A stretch of DNA of 64,000 bases from Anthoceros angustus (lineage: Eukaryota > Plantae > Anthocerotophyta), in NCBI GenBank assembly GCA_010909165.1, contig MU008155.1, positions 310,001 to 374,000 of the forward strand, read 5' to 3'. The position numbers were made by a program, and so were the translations under genes. A model generated the notes under the pieces. It saw only the letters and a program-made list of their open reading frames with translations, was not told the DNA's origin and searched no databases. Below are positions 14,200 to 26,565 of the stretch, piece by piece; within the stretch, counting starts at the first letter, position 1, and the number at the start of each line of letters is the position of its first letter.

Positions 14200-17100
14200 T
14201 GTGGCGCAACTTTCGACGGCCAGGTAGCGCACAATCCGTCGTTGTAGGAAGGTCCGTTCCCAAGGAATGATAGGCTCCGTTTGCCGGCGTTTGAGCGATT
14301 CTCACTTCACTTTCCGTTCGGACTCAGCGCACACATTCAGCCGGTTCGTGTCTAACTACTACTTAGCGTTCACCTGAGCCGGTGTGGCCAAGCGTTTAAG
14401 GACATTCGCGTCCGTCTCGTTCACGTTAAATCCTTGCACCTCTAGTCCGTTCTTCTCTCCACTCACACTACACTCATCCCCTTGCCTTAGGGAAAAGCAG
14501 CAGGCTACGGTCAGGACCTCCTCGTCGTTGCCTCTCGTCCAGACTCTACATGCCCTCCCGGAGTTCCTCCGACTCACACGTTCGGTCAGTTCGGCCAGGG
14601 CGCTGCGGGCGAACACGGGTCCCCGATCACCTTCCACATACCACCACGTTAGGGTCCGTCAGGAACCTTGATCGGTCTCTCCGGGGCGCCGTGCACCTTT
14701 CGTGACTCGGGACTCACGTTAGCAAAAGAGCACAAAGTGCGCAGAAAGCGGCATCAACACCAAGAGAAAGATACTTTGCCGCTGACCTCGGCCCTCTTAT
14801 ACTCGCCGGTCGGTATTACACCACCCCTATTACGAGCGGTGGCCAGCTCGCCCTAATCGACCGCCTACCATCCTATTTCTCCCTCCTATCTCCCGTCGGG
14901 CGGTGGTGGGAAGGTCCTGGGTTCGCCGGGTGGTGGTCCAATCTCCATTTGACGATTGCAGCCGCAATCGGATGATCCGCGAGGCGGACCCCTTCCTCTT
15001 CCGGAATCACAGTCGGGGTTGGAGCTCTGCGGCGGCGGCGACCGTTACCTGGCGTCGTCCCCTAGTGGGTCCCCTTAGGTAGAGGCCACCCGGTTGTGCT
15101 CCCCGAGGCGTAAGTGGGAGGGACTCCTCCTTGCTACGAGTCCGGACCTCGAGGTCGGTCTCGACTCCAGTCGAACTTGAGATGCCTTTATTCCCCAGTC
15201 CGGTCTGTGGAATCCGGTCTCATCTCGGGGTTCGGACCTCGGGGTCCAGTTTTAATGCCAGTCCGGTCCCAAGGTCCGGACCCTTATCCATGGACCTCTC
15301 TGCAGGTCCTCATCCCCTTCCACCGACCCTTGTCTTGGGTCGGTTTGGCTTCCTCCTTCCGCTCCCCTTCAAGGCCGCCGCCTCTATCTTCCAGGCGGGT
15401 TCGGCGGACTTACCACAGGATTCGTTGTATTGGCGCGTCCTGCTCCTCGATGCTCTTCTCCCGCTCACGTCGTCTCCAAAGCAGGGGCCACTAGAGTCCC
15501 GTCTTTGTTCCCATGCTCTTCATCCCTTCACAGGCCTTCCAGTCCGTCATTGGGCGGTGATGTCTTGGGAGCTCGGCGTGGTAATAGGCAAAGTCCGAAT
15601 CAACTTTTGCCTCTTCCACGTGTGCGGAGCACCGTCTCCTTCGCCATAGGTGTTCGGGCTGGGCGTCTTGCCCGGCTTGTTGGACACCTCCCAGGTTGGG
15701 CCGGGCCGTATCACGCGAGGCTACAAGGGCTGCCTCGGTCACCTCCTGCAACCGCCGCTGTTGCTCCGCCTGCTCCAGCTCCCGTCGTTTCCGCTCCGCT
15801 GCTAGCTTACCAGCCATAGCGCAGCGCTCCCCTTCCGCCTTTCTTAACTGGACCAGCAGCTTCTTTTCTGCGTCCAGTGCTCTCGCTCCTCCGTTCATTC
15901 TGGCCGTTAACTCCGCCATCTCCCTCTACCGGTTCCGATCACGCCGATAGTGATCACGATCGGTCTTAGCGGTAACCCGCCTCCCTGCCTTCACAGGCCG
16001 CCCATGGCCCATTTCGGTAGACCGCCTGCAGTCACGAGCCTTCTCTTTGTGCGGGCCTCCTCACCTCCTCTGCGCTACTCCTCTCACTTCTTGCGGAGGG
16101 TCTTGACCCGTGCTTGGGCCTCATGCCACCATGCTCACCCGGTGAAGGAATTTAGTCCGATCTGTCGGATGGACGGACTTCCCTCTCGGCCTCCTGCGTT
16201 CCCCTTCTTGATGCGGCCGAGGCTTCTCCTCCTCCTTGCCTCTGGGCCGCCTCCACAGTCACGAGCCTTCTCACTTTGTGCGGGCCTCCTGCCGCCTCCT
16301 CTGCGCTTCTCCTCTCCGCTGCAGGTCTTGACCCGTGCTTGGGCCTCATGCCACCATGCTCACCCGGTGAAGGAATTTGAATCCGGTCTGTCAGCCGGAT
16401 GGACCCGGACTTCCCTCTCGGCCTCCTGCGTTTCCCTTCTTGATGCGGCCGAGAGGCCTTCCTCCTTGCCTCCTGGGCCGCCTCAAGCCTCTGGAGGCAC
16501 CTCTCCCTTCTCGGGTGGCTTCTACTTCCCGGGTCTTCTCGGCTGTCCCAGAGACCCCAAAAGCTCTATCCATGGCGGTGGCAGGACCCGCCGTGTTTCT
16601 TCCACGGCCGCCTGCAGTGAGACCCCACAAAGTCCGTAGTGGGAGGCGGGCATTTCACGATCGCCAGGACCTCCATACCCCGATCGGTGGGTTCTTGGAC
16701 CTAATCGGGACCCTTAGGGTCACACGAGTGGTGAGTCCGAGCTTCACCCTCCTTGGCCCTTTTGGCGCGAGCTCCTTTCGCCCTCTTTCTCACAGGGCTC
16801 GGAGAGGTGAGGGGTCGGGGCTAGCCCTTTTGCCCCTTCGCCGGAGGCAGGACGGCTCAGGTGCAGGCAGTGACCTCCTGCTCAGCTCCTTGAGGCGGCG
16901 TCCCTTTTACGCCCTCCTTAGCCTCTTGACCTCTTGCCACTCCCAGGTAGGCGGTAAGCACGAGCACCGTCGAGTCTTTGCGTTGGTAAACATCTTGCGC
17001 CTCTTGGTTCCCTTGAGTCGGCGGGGCTCGGTGACTGTTGTTCTTGGGCTACGGGGCCCAGCGCCAACTCACTCCCGTCGTTCCCTCTGCTGCGTTGATT

Positions 17101-19471
17101 GCTCGGAGGGGAGAAGAGGCGGGGATATCTTCCCATACTTCCACAGGTGGTGAGGGGTCCGCTCGGGGCGTATGGAGTCCGGAATCCCTCCCGATCGTCC
17201 TCCTCCGGGTCCGTTTGGCCTTGGGGTGGCCTCGGGCGCCCTTGCACGCTCCGCTTCGGCAGGCCTCCTTGAGCCGCTCGATCTCTCCCTCGCCCGGGGA
17301 GCTCGTAATGTCCCCATACATGGATCGGGTATGGGGGTCGAATAGCGAGGCTCTCGCTCGACCTCGGGCCTCTGGTGAGGCAGGCGAAGATAATCCTTCC
17401 CGGTCCGCCTCTTCCCAGCAGCGCATGCGGGGAACACCAGCAAATTATCACCAAGGTGATCCACCTTGGTGAGCAAGTTCAATGGACAATAATCCAGACT
17501 CAGCCTCCACTCTGTCCAGTGGTCAGGTATCAACGACCGTTGGTTGTCCATTGCGTTCGGGGCCTCGGCATACGCGGCGGCCTATCTTTCCGCCTTGCCG
17601 AGGGGCTGCGGGACTCGCCCCATCTTCCTCCTTTGGGCGGTTGTAGGCGCCCTCGGGACCTCAAGGTCCATCGCCTAGATCCTCCGGAGGTTCTTGGACG
17701 AACCTCCTTGTTGACGCCGCCAACATCTTCCAGGCGAACTCCCGGACGGTGACACATCAAAGCGTCGAACTGGAACACGTCTAAGTGCCACTCCTCGACT
17801 AATCCTCCGCTTCCTCCGGCCCGGGGCCTAAAGTCCGGATGGCGGGTCACAATGTTGCGCTCTACCGGGTTCCATGGCTCCCAAACCTCCATGACCTTTT
17901 GGGTGCCATCGCTCTTCTCCCTTCGTTCTTGCTGGCGGGACGGCGGCGATGCGCCTCTTCGCCCGCGTTGTTGCTCCAACCGGCCGGTGAGCAGCAGATG
18001 CACAGCGTTCAAGAGATAGCCGAGGGTTGCGCGCAAACTGCGAATTGTCTCGAGGTGCGGCAGGACCCTCCTCGTCGGCCGCTGGAAGTAACGGCGGGCG
18101 CCTCTTCCCATGTGAGCGCAGTGCATGGCTTGGCCTTAGGGGGTCGGCCCTCGGGCGCCCTTGCACGCTCCGCTTCGGCGGGGCCTCAGGCCCCGGGCGC
18201 CCGCTCGATCTCTCCCTCCTTGAGAGCTCGTAATGTCCCCATACATGGATCGGGTATGGGGGCGGTCCAGTCGCGGGCTTCTCGCTCCTCGGCTGGGCCT
18301 CACAGGCGAAGATAATCCTTCCAGTCCGCCTCTTCCCATAGCATGCGGGGAACACGGCAAATTATCACCAAGGTGATCCACCTTGGTGAGCAAGTTCAAT
18401 GGACAATAATCGGGCTCTGACCCTTACTCTGCTTGTCCGGAGTCCGATATCAACCGGTAGTTGGTTGTCGGCGTTCGGGGCCTCGGCGCCGCATTCTATC
18501 TTCCCGCCTTGAGGGGCTGCGGGACTCGCCCCATCTTCCTCCTTTGGGCGGTTGTAGGCGCCCTCGGGACCTCAAGGTCCATCGCCTGAGATCCTCCGGA
18601 GGTTCTTGGACCGAACCTCCTTGTTGACCGCCGCCAACATCTTCCGGCGAACTCCCGGACCCGGTGAACTTTGTCAGCGTCGACTGACTGGAACACGTCT
18701 AAGTGCCACTCCTCGACTAATCCTCCGCTTCCTCGGCCGGGGCCTAAAGTCCGGATGGCGGGTCACAATGTTGCGCTCTACCGGGTTCCATGGCTCCCGG
18801 ACCTCCGCCTTTTGGGTGCCATCGCTCTTCTCCCTTCTTCATGGCTGAGGAGACCCGGCACGATCGCCCCTCGCGTTGTTGCTCCAACCCGGCCGGTGAG
18901 CAGCAGATGCACAGCGTTCAAAGAGATAGCGCCAGAGCCGGGTTCTTGGCGCGAGGCGAAATTGTCTCGGCTGCCGCGTGAGAAATGACCTCCTCGTCGG
19001 CCGCGCCGTTAGAGTAACGGCGGGCGCCTCTTCCATGTGTAGCGCGAGTGCGCGGCTTACTCGACCTTCGCCTCCGCTTACTCGGCCTTACGCCTCCGCT
19101 TACTCGGCCTTACGCGCGCGCGATCAGCGGGCGTGAATACTGCCTGCGGCCCCCTGGCATCGTCTGCGTGCCATGCCCGACCTCCACTCGGGGCCCGTCC
19201 ACGTGGCGCCGCTGTGCATCCTCACGACTCAACTTCTAAGTTACTTCCTGGCCTTATCCTGTTTGACCGGAGTGGGGTCCGGACTTATCCGTTCCGGGCG
19301 TGGTCCGAGCTCGCCATATAGTGTACGGGTCTCTGCCACTCCGGGTATACTCACGATCCAGTGGGCGCCATCATGCTTATTCCTCCTTTTCCGCCTTATT
19401 TCTACTTCGGACCTATGAAAAAAACAAAACCCGACTCATTTCCTAACTTTAAGGGAAGTCCGCAGTCCACA
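14200..19471 (-). mobile_element. Solo LTR related to 845-5223, inverted, with internal duplications
   Basis: Reverse complement starts TGTGGACTGCGGACTTCC and ends GCGCCACA. 5-bp TSD CAGGG at 19472-19476 and, in the cleanest left-edge copy, at 11920-11924. Internal duplications at ~16020-16480 and ~17220-19060. Confidence 0.8.
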
Positions 19472-20354
19472 CAGGGTAATGATGGGTTGCACCGGACAAC
19501 GATTCCATCCATTATCCACCCTTATTTTGAGGCTTTTTTGGAGCGATGTTGCCCAAAGCAACTGCATGCGACCCATCCCAAACCCCTTCCAACCATATTT
19601 CGATGAAAACCCCCTTAGTGTATATTAACCCCTTCAAGGATTATCATGCTATATCCGCCTTCCTCGTCGTCGGCAAAGTATGCTTCTTATGTGCTAGAGG
19701 GCGCCAGCCAGCCGGCGCCCCCGAGGACATGAACTCATCACTTCAAGCTCGACAAGGTCATAGGCGTGACACCGACATGGTGGGGCCCAAGCAATGTGAT
19801 TACGCACATGCATGGGTTCCCCGGCGCCGGCTGGCTGGCTCCATTTTGGGGTCCGTGCGGAGGATTTTCTTTTTATTTTGGTGTTCCGCTATAGATTTGT
19901 ATGTACGGAGGGTGTCTGTATTCTCAAACCAGCTGTTTCACGCAATTTGAGGATGGTGCCTTTTCCGTCAAAGGGGTTATTTGTCCCTCGAAGAGGGTTT
20001 GTATATTCCTCCCCTTCAAAAATTATGGTGTTAGCAGTAGAAACCTCCAAACGTTAGTTTGATTATGGCTGTTTTTGTCCAGTATGCCCGACAAGGACAC
20101 ATGGTCTTCAATTCTCTGTTTTCCCGTCTTTTGACTCATTAGAGCCGTAGGTGTTTTTCTTTTCTCCTCCTCTCCAGAATTCTCTCCCTCTATCACCTCA
20201 GTCTTTGCCTTTTGCATCTTTTGTTTGTTTGTACCAGCGGTAGATGTTATAACAGGGCCAATGACTCCTATTCAAGCTCTTCATCGTCCAGGAGTCTATT
20301 GATCGCGGGCATTCCCATAAACATTTGCAAGCTTGCCGGTGGGTATGAAGCTCC

Positions 20355-21735
20355 AACCCGGCGGTGAGCAGCAGATGCACAGCGTTCAAGAGATAGCGCC
20401 GAGAGTTGGCGCGAAAGCGGTGTCTCGGCTGCGTGATGACCCTCCTCGTCGGCCGCGTTGGAAGTAACGGCGGGCGCCTCTTCCACAACGTAGCGCGAGT
20501 GCATGGCTTTCGACCTTCGCCTCCGCTTACTCGGCCTTACGCCTCCGCTTACTCGGCCTTACGCGCCCGCGCGATCGCGGGCGTGAATACTGCCTGCGGC
20601 CCAGCAAGGTCGACTGACGTGCCATGCCCGACCTCCACTCGGGGCCGTCCACGTGGCGCTTAGTCATCCTCACGACTCAACTTCTAAGTTACTTTCCATC
20701 TGTTTGACCCGGGTGGGGTCCGGACTTATCCGTTACGGGCGTGGTCCGAGCTCGCCATAGTGCAAAGTGCATTGCCCGCAGTCCGATGTATACTCCGGTC
20801 GTCGGGCGCCATCCGTGCTTATTCCTCCTTTTCCGCCTTATTTCTGCCGGACCTATGAAAAAACAAAACCCGACTCATTTCCTAACTTTAAGAAGTCCAT
20901 GATCCACAGGTAATGATGGGTTGCACGGACAACGATTCCATCCATTATCCACCCTTATTTTGAGGCTTTTTGGAGCGATGTTGCCCAAAGCAGCGCATGC
21001 GACCCATCCCAAACCCCTTCCAACCATATTTCGATGAAACCCCCTTAGTGTATATTAACCCCTTCAAGGATTATCATGCTATATCCGCCTTCCTCAAATG
21101 GTAGTATGCTTCTTATGTGCTAGAGGCGCCCGAGGACATGAACTCATCACTTCAAGCTCGGCAAGGTCATAGGCGTGACATCGACATGGTGGGGCCCAAG
21201 CAATGTGATTACGCACATGCATGGGTTCCCCGGCTACTGGTGTTGGCTCCATTTTGGGGTCCGGGATTTTCTTTTTATTTTGGTGTTCCGCTATAGATTT
21301 GTATGTACGGAGGAGGTCTGTATTCTCAAACCAGCTGTTTCACGCAATTTGAGGATGGTGCCTTTTCCGTCAAAGGGGTTATTTGTCCCTCGAAGAGGGT
21401 TTGTATATTCCTCCCCTTATGGTGTTAGAAACCTCCAAGCGTTAGTTTGATTATATTTTTGTCCGATTATGCCGACAAGGACACATGGTCTTCAATTCTC
21501 TGTTTTCCCGTCTTTTGACTCATTAGAGCCGTAGGTGTTTTTCTTTTCTCCTCCTCTCCAGAATTCTCTCCCTCTATCACCTCAGTCTTTGCCTTTTGCA
21601 TCTTTTGTTTGTTTGTACCAGCGGTAGATGTTATAACTTTAGACCCAACTCCTATTCAAGCTCTTCATCGTCCGAGTCTATTGATACGGGCATTCCCATA
21701 AACATTTGCAAGCTTGCCGAGGTGGGTATGAAGCT
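20355..21735. repeat. Duplicate of ~18880-20355 (LTR start plus flank)
   Basis: Near-identical sequence with indels, joined at the microhomology gctc(c)aaccc. Confidence 0.85.
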
Positions 21736-22041
21736 CAACCCTCCTCATCGATGCACAGTATTAGCAAGGACATAAGGAATTCTTCTCTTGTAAATGAGTA
21801 TACGTCCTTGGGTTTCCCAAGGATATTGAAATTGTGCTTCAACCTTGCAGCCTTTATCTGAGGAGTCTCACTGGCACTCAAACTCTGGAGCAACCCAAGT
21901 GTCGTAATCCTTTCTGGTGACCCATACTTTCTATGGAGCAAGTTTCCAACTCCAGGTGTTTGCTAAAGTAATTAGCCTGATACAAGCGAGCATGGATGAA
22001 GACCAATCCGAAGATTCCAACAAGCAAGAATGCTTACTCCG

Positions 22042-22252
22042 CTACGTCAAGACTAGCCATCTCAAGCCTCTTGTAGGTGGTTTGGAGTATGCTAACTCTA
22101 CTACGTCAAGACTAGCCATCTTAGGCCTTTTGTAGGTGGTATTGCACTGTGTCAAGACTAGCTATCTCAGGCCTCTTGTAGGTGGTTTGGAGTATGCTAA
22201 CTCCACTACATCAAGACTAGCCATCTCAGGCCTTTTGTAGGTGGTTTGGAGT
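22042..22252. repeat. Minisatellite, ~4 copies of a 50-59 bp unit
   Basis: tcaagactagc(c/t)atct(c/t)a(a/g)gcct(c/t)ttgtaggtggt occurs four times. Confidence 0.85.
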
Positions 22253-22807
22253 GCGAGGAGAGTAGGAGTGGAGTGTAATTGTTGCCTAGTTGGTATCTTA
22301 CTTTCCATGTGCAGTGTGTGGTACAATACCACATGTGAGTAGATTTTTTTCAATCTGGTTGATCCGTTTCATTACTTGGGCATTGATAGCCCTCATTGAA
22401 CTAAAATACTCACTAAGTGGGAGTATTAGAATGACACTTATGGTGAATGGATGTTACCATGGCTTACACAGTTATAGTGGTTCTTATTTTAGTTATAACA
22501 ACTACCACTCTAGATTAGTATTTTAACCATTCTCTTTCTTGATTATGAATGCAATCATCTTTCGCACACCTCGCCTCTTCTGCTCGCTCTTGCCACTGCC
22601 TGTGACCATGTCTTTAGCCCGATGATGCTACCTAGTAATCATTACTTTCTACCATATCCAAACCATTTTTCATCTAAAAAAACTCTAAAAGCCTATCCAT
22701 GGTTGAAGAGCACACTGTAGAATAAAGGCACTGAAGAGAAGAACAGTGAGGAGCACATGACCAATACCACAATATAGCTCCCACTGAGTGATTAGAGTAG
22801 AGAAAAT

Positions 22808-24770
22808 CTAGTGAGCTCTGCCTTTCTTTTCCACTACGGGAATGTCACAAACACTTATAGCAATAGTATGTTTCTCATGGACTGTTCTGGGCAAGGCCTT
22901 TGTAGGTAAGTCTGTAGTGTTCTCACTAGTTGAAACATAAGACACACTTACCTCCTTGCTGTCCACTACCTGCCTTATGAAACGATGAGAAATTTCTATG
23001 TGCTTAGATCTCGCATGAAACACTGGATTTTTCGACAAGACAATGGCAGATTGATTGTCGCACCATAGTTGAGTTGGGCCTAGTTGAAGTTGCTGCACGC
23101 CTGTCAAGAAACTTCGAACTCATAAGATCTCTTTGGCAGCTTGAGTCATGGCCCCATATTTAGCCTCCGTTGAGGATAAACAGATGGTGTTCAACTTCTT
23201 AGAGGACCAAGATATGGGAGATACTCCAAGAAACATACGGTAAGCTGCCACACTTTTCTTGGTGTCTGGGTCACCAGCCCAGTCTACATCGCAGTAGTGA
23301 GTTGAAGACCATCCTTATGCTTGCCAAAGCGTAGTCCCTTCCTTGGAGTACCTTTCAAGTACCAAAAAATCCTCTTGACTGCTGTCCACTGAGCAAGGCC
23401 TGGGTTTTCTAGAAACTGACTGACAGTGCCTACAACTCTTGTAATATCAGGTCTTGTCCAATTTGACAAGTAAATGAGTGACCCCACAGCCTGCCTATAT
23501 GGCTTAGTAGCCATTTTAAGCTTTTCTGCTTCTAAACTAGGACACTACTGATGGGACAGTTTCTCTCCTACACTCATGGGGGTAGAGACCGGATGGGCAT
23601 CTGCCATATTGAACCTTTGTAGGAGCTGGTGCACGAAGTGTTCTTAGGGTATATTGACAGTGCTATCTCTGCTATTGAAGTGGAACTGAACTCCTAAAGA
23701 GAAGGTGAGTTGCCCTAAATCACTCATTTCAAATCTAGAAAGTAACACTTGCTTAACCTTATCCATCAAGCTAGTAGAAGTGCTGAAAAGGATATTATCA
23801 TCAACATAGACGGCCAAAATAAGGAAGTCAGCTCCATCACACAGCAGATAGACACTATTGTCAACATCCAAACATGTAAAGCCAAGCTCCATAAGCAGTT
23901 CATGAAAAACTTCATTCCAAGCACGAGAGAAGAAGAAGAAGAATTTTATTTAAGTCCACTAAGGACGGATTTCCGTCATGGGACTTGGTACTTAACAATT
24001 TGTACCATGGTGTGCCTAAGCTACTTGCACCAAGGGCATCCACTCCCTTTAGGCACCCCATCTAAGTACCGATCGAAGCTCAATATGCTTAATCACGATG
24101 TTCTTATAAATGTGTGTTTATTTGGCCTAAGCCATTTGGACACACATTGCTTGAGACCATACAATGGTTTTAGTAACTTGCATATTCTGTCACTGTCCAC
24201 CTCATATCTTTCAGGCTGGGACATATAAATATCTTCTTCAAAGAGACCATTTAGAAAAGCAGTTTTTACACCAAGTTGGTGCACTATCAGGTTGTAGTGA
24301 GCAGCAAGGGCTAGGAGGATTCTGACAGAGGTGAATTTGACAACAGGCGAGAAGGAGTTTCATTGTATTCCAGGCCAGGTACTTGACTAGGACCTTTTGC
24401 CACAAGGCGGGCTTTGTATCTCCCTACAGTGCCGTGTGTATTAAGTTTCTTCTTGAAAACCCATTTACAAGCTATGGGTTTCCTTCCAGCAGGTAGAGGC
24501 ACTAACTTCCAAGTATTATTTTGAATCAGGGATTTGTATTCAGATTCTATGGCTGTCTTCCACTGGGAAGATTCAGGACCTTCAATAGCTTCTCTATAGG
24601 TGGCTGGTTCTCCTAGGGAAGCAGCTATATAACTAAGTGCTATGTCCTAAGAAGTGGAAGCAACAAACTGATCTCTCCACTTCCACTCATTAATCTCTGC
24701 TTACTGGTAATGTCCCAACGACCTCACTGTCATGGGGAGTCCAAGTTGTGTGTCTGGTGAATGGCTCTCA
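22808..24770 (-). mobile_element. Ty1/copia RT-RNaseH remnant
   Basis: Motifs CKWVFKKK..RYKARLVAKG, VKTAFLNG, LYGLKQ, YVDD, YRQAVGSLIYL..TRPDI and CDNQSAI..NPVFHARSKHIE. Contains stops and frameshifts. Confidence 0.95.
23930..24146 (-). mobile_element. Short non-LTR retroposon (SINE or LINE 3' end) inserted in Copia RT
   Basis: Interrupts RT between LYGLKQ and RAWNEVF. On the minus strand it ends with a GACGG-aaat-CCGTC hairpin, AATAAA and a (TTC)n tail. Confidence 0.6.
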
Positions 24771-24808
24771 CTTTCACTAATAGCTGTGCGTTTTTGTTGC
24801 TGTGGCAG

Positions 24809-26391
24809 TGATATGAGCAAGATAACCAAAATTGGAGAAGGAACGTATGGAGAAGCTTTCAAAGAAGGCGACACTGTTCTGAAGATTGTACCAGTTGATG
24901 GGAACTTTCGCGTTAACGGGGAAATACAAAAAGGTATACCCAATCTGTTCAGTGCTTTGGACCATTCGCGTCAGGTGAAATTTGTCAAATTCAGACGTTG
25001 CTCACCACATTTTTGCAGACTTCTGGTGAACTCTAAGACGAGTTGCTTCTCTCCAGCACTTTGAACAAGTTGCAGCTGCCAAAAAGTTCAAACTTTTCTA
25101 GTAACTTCATCACCACTAAGGGGTAATAATCGTTTGTCTGACTGAGAAGGCAAAACTGTGGGTGACGTCTCTTTCTGGCAAGGTGGTGTATTATAGCAAG
25201 CAATGATCACCACTGCTGCTATCAGGATAAAGTATTGTCGAGGAGAGTATGACGAAGACCTAATCCGAGCATGGGAGGAGTGGGATAGCGAACAGACATC
25301 AGAGAATGATCATCCAATGTCTTTTCCAGAACAACAGGTTTGCCTTGCTTACATGACTATCACTGACAATGTTTCCTATGCTGTCTGCGTCTCTGGTGAC
25401 TGTTCTGGATGATGTACATCCAGTACTTTTCTAACTTTTGGCGGGAATTAGCGATATGTCATTTTTATCCTGGCAGATGGGGGGCAGGATTTGGAAAGCT
25501 TCGTTCTCGCAGACTTCGATGAAGTTCAAAGCCTGCTTGTTCAGGTAGGGCTAATTGTTCACTGCGCACTCTTTCCAGTCTGATGCATGCTATATCCACA
25601 GCTCTGCAACTTTTATGCCTCGGCGCAGGTTGTTCTCTCTCTTGCTATTGCAGAAAATGCGTGCGAATTTGAACATCGGGATCTCCATTGGTAATCCATC
25701 TCATCCCTCAGTTATGATCTCCTTAAGCTTGCTGGTATCGTGGGAGTGGCAGTTCCAGGGCTGTCAGTACTTCGATGAACAGACCAAGGGAGGTGCAACT
25801 TGTTGCAACACTGTTATGCAGGGGGAAACTTGTGCTAGCTAGAACTGAGGACTACGCAAAGGCTTATTGCTTGGATGGAAATGCGCTACGGACTAGGACG
25901 TGTGGGTTGTCGTTGCCAATAATTGACTTCACCCTTTCACGAGTGAATACAGGTGCCGACATTTCTTGAGTTACCAGCCACCCGAAAAGAATCTCCCTTT
26001 CTGACCACGACTACAATGTCACGTTTATGTTTCTCGCAGGAAGGCAAGTTCTGTTTTGCAATCTGGGAGCCGATCCTGCAATTTTCGATGGAATACCGAG
26101 AGATATTCAGGTACCCAGCATTCTCAAAGGAGCGTACGGAGTTGCGGGCAGTTGGTTTAATTAGAGTGCCTTAATTGCAGGCAGACACGTACCGAGGGAT
26201 GTTGAAGATAACACAAGGACATTGGGAGGGAAGGTTTGCCTTTGACACAGCAACACCGTTCTTCTTATCACCTCGACGCCTGTGTACCACTATGAGGTTC
26301 TCAGTAACATGTAATGATCTAACAGGTTTCCCAAGACAAATGTTCTGTGGATCCACTACCTTGCCAGCATTGTCATCAGCAAGAAATCTTT
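24809..26391 (+). pseudogene. HASPIN: Haspin histone kinase domain, 5'-truncated, multi-exon
   Basis: Spliced motifs KIGEGTYGEAF, SENDHP, DGGQDLESF, FEHRDLHWGN, IIDFTLSR and FPKTNVLWIHYL. In-frame TAA at 25034-25036. 5' end replaced by Copia, and the normal last exon was not found. Confidence 0.85.
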
Positions 26392-26565
26392 TGTAAGTTA
26401 TCTTCCGCGCTCGTCCAGTGCATGACAGAAAAATGTCTAAGCACTTCGTTTTGGTTTATGGTCCTTGTGAATCGTTTCCCAGAGCTTGTCCTTAACTTGT
26501 GTTTCTTTAGAACCTACCAGCTCCCAATAGCTACTAACGGTTTAAATACTGAAATACCAATAACA

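Noticed and set aside
1000-19400. Numerous overlapping GC-rich ORFs as separate genes
   Set aside because: They are shadow frames or frameshifted pieces of LTR and repeat sequence. Only the peptides conserved between LTR copies are supported.
25034-25036. Haspin TAA repaired by U-to-C editing
   Set aside because: PPR editing acts on organellar transcripts. This locus is nuclear and otherwise disrupted.
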